A stretch of DNA of 64,000 nt from contig CAZNPW010000001.1 in the NCBI GenBank assembly GCA_964575185.1, positions 54,081-118,080 of the forward strand, in the 5' to 3' direction. Position 1 is the first letter of the stretch, and the number at the start of each line of letters is the position of its first letter. Position numbers and translations under genes: made by a program. This document shows positions 58,134 through 64,000 of this stretch, one piece after another. Source of the stretch: an uncultured Exiguobacterium sp. (lineage in GTDB: Bacteria; Pseudomonadota; Alphaproteobacteria; Rhodobacterales; Rhodobacteraceae). The notes below the pieces were generated by a model that saw only the letters and a program-made list of their open reading frames with translations, was not told where the DNA came from and did not search any database.

Positions 58134-58777
58134 CGGGCCTCGGACTCCTCGTTCAGGGTGCGGACGAACTGCGCGAGGCCGGGCTGGCGGTCGCGGCGCA
58201 GGCGTTCGGCGGACAGGATGGTGACGAGCGCGGCGAAGGCCGTGTCGATGTCGTCGTTCATCAGGACGTAGTCGTATTCGGCCCAGTGGCTGATCTCGTC
58301 GCGGCTTCGCGCCATGCGGCGGGCGATGACCTCGTCGTCGTCCTGGGCGCGCTGGCGGAGGCGGCGTTCGAGCTCGGCGATGGAGGGGGGCAGCACGAAG
58401 ACGCTGACCACGTCGCGGCCGAGCGCGGAGTTGCGGATCTGCTGGCCGCCCTGCCAGTCGATGTCGAAGACGGTGTCGTGGCCCGCGGCCATGGCCGCCT
58501 CGACGGGGCCGCGGGGGCTGCCGTAGAGGTTGCCGAAGACCTCGGCGTGTTCGAGCATCTGGCCCTCGGCGACCAGCCTGGTGAAGTCGTCGCGGCTGCG
58601 GAAGTGGTATTCGCGGCCGTCCGCTTCGCCGGTCCGGGGCGCGCGGGTGGTGGCGCTGACCGAGAAGCGCATCGTCGGGTCCCAGGCGAGGAGCCGCCGG
58701 GCGAGCGTCGATTTTCCCGCGCCGGAGGGCGAGGAGAGGATCAGGAGGAGGCCCCGTCTTTTGCCGTTGGGGTGCAT
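58130..58777 (-). CDS. gmk: Guanylate kinase
   Basis: P-loop [10 protein letters not shown]. 215 aa. Confidence 0.9.
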   Translation of the reverse strand: MHPNGKRRGLLLILSSPSGAGKSTLARRLLAWDPTMRFSVSATTRAPRTGEADGREYHFRSRDDFTRLVAEGQMLEHAEVFGNLYGSPRGPVEAAMAAGHDTVFDIDWQGGQQIRNSALGRDVVSVFVLPPSIAELERRLRQRAQDDDEVIARRMARSRDEISHWAEYDYVLMNDDIDTAFAALVTILSAERLRRDRQPGLAQFVRTLNEESEAR

Positions 58778-58779
58778 CG

Positions 58780-59664
58780 CTACTCCAGGTTCGCCGCCTG
58801 CTCGCGCATCTGATCGACGACGACCTTCATGGCAAGCCCCGCCTGGGTCAGCGCGGGGGTGCCCGCCTTGGCGCAGAGGGTGGAGGTTTCGCGCACGAAC
58901 TCCTGCACCAGGAAGTCGAGCTTGCGGCCCGCCGGGGCGGTGTCGGCGAGCAGGGCGCGGGCGGCGGCGAGGTGCATGGCCAGGCGGTCGAGCTCTTCGG
59001 TCGCGTCGGATTTGACGGCGAGAAGCGCGATCTCCTGCGCGATGCGGGTGTCGTCGGTCGCCTCGGCCTTCAGCCGCGCGAGCGCATCGGCCATCTGCGC
59101 CCGGGCGCGGTCGGTGCGGGCGGCGTTGGCCTTCCGCGCGGCGGCGACCTCGGTTTCGATCCGGTCGAGCTGGCCCGCGATGATGCGGGCGGTGGCCGCG
59201 CCCTCGGCCGCGCGCATGGCCTGGAAGTCGGCCAGCACGGCGGCGAGGCTGGCGAGCATCGCCTCGCGCAGCGGGGCCGGGTCGGGGTCCGCGCCGGTCG
59301 CGTCGAGCACGCCGCGCAGCGCGAGGATGTCGGCGGCGGTCGGCGGCGACAGGGGCAGGCCCGCCTGTGCGGCGGCGAAGGTCACCTCGCGCAGGGCGGT
59401 CAGCGCGGCGGCGAGCGTCGCCGGGTTCAGCGTCAGCGCGTTCGGCGCGGTGTCGCGGGCGACCTTGACGGTCAGCGTCAGGTTGCCGCGCTGGACGACC
59501 GCCGCGACCTGGGCACGGGCCGCGGGTTCCAGCCCGTCGACCGCGTCGAGCCCGCGGTGGCGCAGGTCGAAGCCCTTGCCGTTGACCGACCGCAGTTCCC
59601 ACAGCCATTCGGCCCCCGCGGCACGGCCCCGCGCGCTCGCGTATCCCGTCATCGACACCGGCAT
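58780..59664 (-). CDS. yicC: YicC family stress-induced protein
   Basis: N-terminal SMTGYA motif and C-terminal DUF1732-like [12 protein letters not shown]. Confidence 0.8.
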   Translation of the reverse strand: MPVSMTGYASARGRAAGAEWLWELRSVNGKGFDLRHRGLDAVDGLEPAARAQVAAVVQRGNLTLTVKVARDTAPNALTLNPATLAAALTALREVTFAAAQAGLPLSPPTAADILALRGVLDATGADPDPAPLREAMLASLAAVLADFQAMRAAEGAATARIIAGQLDRIETEVAAARKANAARTDRARAQMADALARLKAEATDDTRIAQEIALLAVKSDATEELDRLAMHLAAARALLADTAPAGRKLDFLVQEFVRETSTLCAKAGTPALTQAGLAMKVVVDQMREQAANLE

Positions 59665-59851
59665 CTTTTCCCCCGCCGCCCCTTCCCCGCGTTTACCCTC
59701 TGTGCAGAATGTTCGCCACCCGCGCGCGCTCCGGGGTAATGCTGAAAACACGAACGACCGGGTTAGGATTTCGGTAACCTCGGTTGACCACAGTTAACCC
59801 TGCGGGGCGGCGGCGAGTCGCTTCCGCAGGCCAAGGCAATGAGGCACGGCA

Positions 59852-60478
59852 ATGATCCTTCCCTTCGGCCGCCGCGACGCTGCCCCCGCCCCCGGCCTGG
59901 CCGAGGTCCGCGGCTACTGGGAGGCCCTGCGCCGCGAGGGGCGGCTGCCGCACCGCGGGCAGATCGACCCGCGGGGGATGGCGGGCGCGCTCGACCGGGT
60001 GTTTCTGGCCGAGGAGATCGCGCCGGGCATGGCGCGGCTGCGGCTGGCGGGCCAGGCGCTGGCCGACCTGATGGGGATGGAGGTGCGGGGCATGCCGCTG
60101 TCGGCGCTGTTCGACCCGCTGTCGCGCCGCGCGGTGGAGGCGCCGCTGGCGCAGCTGTTCGAGGGCCGCCATGCGGTGACGCTGGAGGTCGAGGCCGAGA
60201 CGGGCATTGGCCGGCCCGCGCTGGCGGGCCGGGTGCTGCTTCTGCCGCTGGAAGGCTTCGCCGGGCGGCCCGACATCGCGCTCGGCTGCCTGGGCCTGGC
60301 GGGCGAGGTCGGGCGCACGCCGCGCCGCCTGCTGCTGCGCCGCACGGCGGCGGAGCCGCTGGACGTTGCGCAGCGCGCGGCCCGCCTGCTGGAGGCGGCC
60401 GAGGAGGCCGCGCCCTTCACCCCCGCCCCGCCGACCGCGGGGGACCGCACGCGCCTGCGGCTGGTCAAGACCAGCTAG
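59852..60478 (+). CDS. PAS-like domain protein (DUF1457-type)
   Basis: 208 aa, with the motif L..YW..LR..GRLP.R..IDP, which is typical of this alphaproteobacterial family as I recall it. Confidence 0.45.
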   Translation: MILPFGRRDAAPAPGLAEVRGYWEALRREGRLPHRGQIDPRGMAGALDRVFLAEEIAPGMARLRLAGQALADLMGMEVRGMPLSALFDPLSRRAVEAPLAQLFEGRHAVTLEVEAETGIGRPALAGRVLLLPLEGFAGRPDIALGCLGLAGEVGRTPRRLLLRRTAAEPLDVAQRAARLLEAAEEAAPFTPAPPTAGDRTRLRLVKTS

Positions 60479-61650
60479 GCCAGGGGCTGGGCGCGTTCGA
60501 CGAGGCGGGCGAAGAAGCTCGCGCCGATCGGGGCGGCGTCGTCGTTGAAGTCGAAGGCCGGGTGGTGCAGGCCCGCGCCCGGGCCGGTGCCGAGGAACAG
60601 GTAGGCCCCGGGGCGCGCCTGGAGCATGTAGGCGAAATCCTCGGACCCCATCTCGCGGTTGGCGCGCGGGTTGACCTGGGCGGGGCCGACGATCTCGGCC
60701 GCGACGGTGGCGGCGAAGTCGGCCTGATCGGGGCTGTTGACGGTGGCGGGGTAGCCGAGGTCCCAGGCGACGGTCGCCTGCACCCCGTAGGCGGCGGCGT
60801 GGCCCGCCACGATCTCCTCGACCCGGCGGCGGAGGAGGTCGCGGACCTCCGGGCGGAAGCTGCGGATCGTGGCGCAGAACATCGCGCTGTCGGGGATGAT
60901 GTTGCTGGCGGTGCCGGCGTGGATCTGGGTGACCGAGAGCACCGCCTCGTCCAGCGCATAGACGTTGCGCGGCACGATGGTCTGGATCGCCTGGACCATG
61001 CCGACCACGGCCACCACCGGGTCGATGCAGTCGTGCGGCGTGGCCCCGTGGCCGCCGCGGCCGGTGACGGTGACGGTGGGGGTGTCGACCGCCGCCATGA
61101 TCGGGCCGGGCGTCGTCTGGAAATGGCCGAAGGGCACGTTCGGCGCGTTGTGGAGGCCGTAGACCTGCGCGATGCCGAAGCGGTCCATGATGCCCGCCTC
61201 GACCATCGCCAGCGCGCCGCCGCCGTCTTCCTCGGCCGGCTGGAAGATCAGCGCCACGCGGCCCGCGAAGCGGCGCGTTTCGGCGAGGTATTGCGCGGCG
61301 CCGAGCAGCATCGTGACGTGCCCGTCGTGGCCGCAGGCGTGCATGGTGCCCGGCACGGTGGAGGCGTGGGGCGCGCCCGTCGCCTCGGTGATCGGCAGCG
61401 CGTCCATGTCGGCGCGCAGGCCGATGGTCGGGCCCCCGGATACGTCCGCGCCCTGCCCGTCGATGATCGCGACGATGCCGGTTTCGGCGACGCCCTGGTG
61501 GATCTCGTCGACCCCCATCGCGCGCAGGCGGTCGGCGATGAAGGCGGCGGTCGCGTGGCAGGCGAACTTGAGCTCCGGGTGGGCGTGCAGGTGCCGCCGC
61601 CAGGCCTTCATCTCGGGCGCGGAGTCGGCGATACGGTTGATGACGGGCAT
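60475..61650 (-). CDS. M20 family amidohydrolase (hippurate hydrolase / aminoacylase type)
   Basis: HAHPEL, MHACGHDGH and PAEE motifs. Confidence 0.85.
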   Translation of the reverse strand: MPVINRIADSAPEMKAWRRHLHAHPELKFACHATAAFIADRLRAMGVDEIHQGVAETGIVAIIDGQGADVSGGPTIGLRADMDALPITEATGAPHASTVPGTMHACGHDGHVTMLLGAAQYLAETRRFAGRVALIFQPAEEDGGGALAMVEAGIMDRFGIAQVYGLHNAPNVPFGHFQTTPGPIMAAVDTPTVTVTGRGGHGATPHDCIDPVVAVVGMVQAIQTIVPRNVYALDEAVLSVTQIHAGTASNIIPDSAMFCATIRSFRPEVRDLLRRRVEEIVAGHAAAYGVQATVAWDLGYPATVNSPDQADFAATVAAEIVGPAQVNPRANREMGSEDFAYMLQARPGAYLFLGTGPGAGLHHPAFDFNDDAAPIGASFFARLVERAQPLA

Positions 61651-61699
61651 GGCACTCTCCTTGGGCCGGGCAGTCTAGAGAGGCGAGGGGGCGGGGACA

Positions 61700-62527
61700 A
61701 TGGAGCGTCTGCTGGCGATCATGGCGCGGCTGCGCGACCCCGACGGCGGCTGCCCCTGGGACGTGGAGCAGACCTTCGCGACCATCGCGCCCTATACGGT
61801 CGAGGAGGCGCACGAGGTCGCCGACGTGATCGCGCGAGAGGCCTGGGGGGAGCTCAAGGGGGAGCTGGGCGATCTGCTGTTCCAGGTCGTCTACCACGCG
61901 CGGATGGCCGAGGAGGCGGGGATGTTCGGCTTTGCCGATGTGGCGGCGGCGATCTGCGACAAGATGGTCGCGCGGCATCCGCATGTGTTCGGCGATGCGG
62001 TAGCCCGGACGGCGGAGGAGCAGACTACGGCCTGGGAGGCGCAGAAGGCCGCCGAGCGGCAGGGCCGGACGCTCGACGGCGTGGCGCTGGGGCTGCCCGC
62101 GCTGACCCGCGCGGTCAAGCTGCAGGCGCGGGCGGCGCGGGTGGGGTTCGACTGGCCCTCGACCACGCAGGTGCTCGACAAGCTGGTGGAGGAGGCGCGC
62201 GAGGTGGCGGAGGCCCCGCAGGCCGAGGTGCAGGGGGAGCTGGGGGACCTGCTGTTCGTGGTGGCGAACCTGGCGCGGCACCTGGGCGTGGACCCCGAGG
62301 CCGCGCTGCGGGGCGCGAACGCGAAGTTCGTCCGGCGCTTCGGGCGGATCGAGGACTGGCTGGCCGAAGGGGGCCGGACGCCCGCGCAGTCGGACCTGGC
62401 CGAGATGGACGCGCTGTGGGACCGGGCGAAGGCCGAGGAGCGGGGGGTGCTTGCCGCCGCGCCCTCTCCCCCAGCCCCTCTCCCCTCTCCCCCATCCCCT
62501 CTCCCCCGGGAGAGGGGAGGCGCGTGA
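61700..62527 (+). CDS. mazG: Nucleoside triphosphate pyrophosphohydrolase MazG, with a repeat-derived C-terminal tail
   Basis: Two MazG domains are present (EEAHEVAD... and EEAREVAEA...). Confidence 0.85.
   Translation: MERLLAIMARLRDPDGGCPWDVEQTFATIAPYTVEEAHEVADVIAREAWGELKGELGDLLFQVVYHARMAEEAGMFGFADVAAAICDKMVARHPHVFGDAVARTAEEQTTAWEAQKAAERQGRTLDGVALGLPALTRAVKLQARAARVGFDWPSTTQVLDKLVEEAREVAEAPQAEVQGELGDLLFVVANLARHLGVDPEAALRGANAKFVRRFGRIEDWLAEGGRTPAQSDLAEMDALWDRAKAEERGVLAAAPSPPAPLPSPPSPLPRERGGA
62461..62520. repeat. REP family D copy at the mazG 3' end
   Basis: A CCCTCTCCCC-rich tract ending in hairpin CCCCTCTCCC-cc-GGGAGAGGGG. It encodes ...PSPPAPLPSPPSPLPRERGGA. Confidence 0.7.
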
Positions 62528-62659
62528 GGGCCGGCGGATCCGGTCTTTGGTGCGTCGCGGGGGCAGCGGCGGATTTGTTTAGTTCTTCTGTCAGGTATTG
62601 ACGGGCACCGGCGCAGCGGTCTAGATGGCGGCGGACATATCCGACAAGAAAGGTCAACA

Positions 62660-63667
62660 ATGTTCCTCCGCACAACCTTCCTTGCCCTCGCCATGGGAAG
62701 TGCTGCCCTCCCCGCGCTTGCGCAGGAGGTCAACATCTACTCCTACCGCCAGCCGGAACTGATCCAGCCCCTGCTCGACGCCTTCACGGCCGAGACGGGC
62801 ATCACCGCCAACGTCGCCTTCGTCGACAAGGGCATGGCCGAGCGGTTGCAGGCGGAAGGCGACCGTTCGCCCGCCGACCTGGTGCTGACGGTCGACATCG
62901 CGCGGCTGAGCCAGGTGGTCGACGCGGGCGTGACGCAAGCCGTGCAGTCGCCGGTGCTCGACGCCAACATCCCGGCGACGCTGCGCGACCCGGGCGGGCA
63001 GTGGTTCGGGCTGACGATGCGCGCCCGCATCGTCTATGCCGCGAAGGACCGCGTGGCCGACGGCGAGGTCACGACCTACGAGGACCTGGCCGACCCGAAG
63101 TGGAAGGGCCGCATCTGCACCCGGTCGGGGCTGAACGACTACAACATCGCGCTTCTCTCGGCGATGATCGCGCACCGCGGCGAAGCGGCCGCCAAGACCT
63201 GGGCCGAGGGGTTGAAGGCCAACCTCGCGCGCAAGCCCGACGGCGGCGACCGCGACCAGGTGCGGGCGATCGCGGCGGGCGAATGCGACATCGCCATCGG
63301 CAACACCTACTACATCGGCCAGATGCTGGCCGACCCCGCGCAGCGCGCCGATGCCGAAGCGGTGAAGATCGTCTTTCCGACCTTCGCGGGCGACGGCACG
63401 CATGTCAACATCAGCGGCATGGCGATGACCAAGGCCGCGCCCAACCGCGAGAACGCGCTGCGGCTGATGGAGTGGCTGTCGGGCGATGCGGCACAGAAGA
63501 TGTACGCCGAGACGAACTACGAATACCCGGTGAAGCCGGGCGTTCCGCTGTCGCCGCTCGTGCAATCCTGGGGCGAGTTCACCCCGGACAGCCTGGGGCT
63601 GAGCGAGATCGCCGCCAACCGCGCCGCGTCGCTGCGGATCATGGAAGAGATCGACTTCGACGGCTGA
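62660..63667 (+). CDS. Fe(3+) ABC transporter substrate-binding protein (FbpA/AfuA type)
   Basis: A signal peptide ending in ALAQE, then VNIYSYRQPELI and the YY iron-ligand region (GNTYYIG). Confidence 0.85.
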   Translation: MFLRTTFLALAMGSAALPALAQEVNIYSYRQPELIQPLLDAFTAETGITANVAFVDKGMAERLQAEGDRSPADLVLTVDIARLSQVVDAGVTQAVQSPVLDANIPATLRDPGGQWFGLTMRARIVYAAKDRVADGEVTTYEDLADPKWKGRICTRSGLNDYNIALLSAMIAHRGEAAAKTWAEGLKANLARKPDGGDRDQVRAIAAGECDIAIGNTYYIGQMLADPAQRADAEAVKIVFPTFAGDGTHVNISGMAMTKAAPNRENALRLMEWLSGDAAQKMYAETNYEYPVKPGVPLSPLVQSWGEFTPDSLGLSEIAANRAASLRIMEEIDFDG

Positions 63668-63698
63668 TCCTTCGAGCAGGCGATGCACATCACCGGGG

Positions 63699-63725
63699 AA
63701 GGGCGCGACATCGCGCCCTTTTTTC
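63699..63725 (+). terminator. Rho-independent terminator
   Basis: Stem AAGGGCGCG, loop acat, stem CGCGCCCTT, followed by TTTTT. Confidence 0.75.
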
Positions 63726-63799
63726 GTTCGGTTGGCTGGACTTCCGCCGGGAATCGCGCGAAGTCGAACCCTTCCGCCCCTGGAGCCGTATCTGCGCGC

Positions 63800-64000
63800 A
63801 TGACGACCAAGATCATCATCGACACCGACCCCGGCCAGGACGACGCCGTGGCCATCCTGCTCGCCCTGGCCTCGCCCGAGATCGAGGTCCTGGCCCTTAC
63901 AACCGTGGCGGGAAACGTGCCGCTGGACCTGACCAGCCGGAACGCCCGCGTGATCGTCGCGCTGGCGGGGGCGGAGGTGCCGGTCCATGCGGGCTGCGAC
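63800..64000 (+). CDS. Nucleoside hydrolase (IUNH family), partial at the window edge
   Basis: N-terminal motif IIIDTDPGQDDAVAI. Confidence 0.7.
   Translation, partial: MTTKIIIDTDPGQDDAVAILLALASPEIEVLALTTVAGNVPLDLTSRNARVIVALAGAEVPVHAGCD

Noticed and set aside
62575-62600. A possible Irr/ICE or Fur box (TTTAGTTCTTCTGTC) upstream of the Fe(3+)-binding protein gene.
   Set aside because: It matches only the TTTAG half of the TTTAGAA-N3-TTCTAAA iron control element, and there is no clear dyad.

Overview
This is a high-GC chromosomal core segment that looks alphaproteobacterial, most likely Rhodobacteraceae. Hand-counted 60-nt lines are mostly 62-75% G+C. It is densely coding, with about 57 CDS. 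I saw no rRNA, tRNA, CRISPR array, transposase, integrase, phage gene or recognisable defence gene, so I do not claim a new multi-gene system here.

Gene content, left to right:
- bdhA, then an orphan RTX calcium-binding repeat protein and a family-5 solute-binding protein.
- A myo-inositol catabolism operon, iolR-iolC-iolD-iolE-iolB, with two GGAA-N6-TTCC IolR-type operators.
- An L,D-transpeptidase and a D-lyxose/mannose isomerase.
- A divergent MATE/TetR pair, nnr, glnB-glnA, anmK and tyrS.
- A complete glycogen operon, glgP-glgB-glgC-glgA-glgX-pgm.
- An SDR plus SGNH hydrolase pair, small hypothetical proteins and a PopZ/DUF2497-like protein.
- tolC, pcm, typA, a DUF1330 protein, alaS, and recA with LexA direct-repeat boxes.
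- A sulfotransferase-like protein, a phytoene/squalene synthase family protein, cimA, cysS, an irr-like Fur regulator, two EamA transporters, eno and a beta-carbonic anhydrase.
- lpxB-lpxI-lpxA-fabZ, a gamma-CA-like protein, gmk, yicC, a PAS-like protein, an M20 amidohydrolase, mazG, an FbpA-type iron-binding protein and a partial nucleoside hydrolase.

Most unusual observations:
1. Both alaS and cysS carry an abrupt low-GC, atypical-codon segment. In each gene it covers only the last ~430-500 nt, which is the C-terminal domain, and it ends exactly at the stop codon.
2. At least five families of palindromic REP-like elements are present. Several have invaded coding sequence: one is an in-frame ~147-nt insertion in nnr, others form C-terminal tails on mazG and the gamma-CA-like protein, and one supplies the stop codons of lpxB and the beta-CA.
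3. A 4-unit tandem REP array with terminator-like hairpins lies after eno.
4. A promoter-to-terminator candidate sRNA lies on the minus strand near 2.1-2.2 kb.
5. An 11-bp x4 tandem repeat lies upstream of alaS.

All functional calls come from reading the translated ORFs and motifs. No database search was run.
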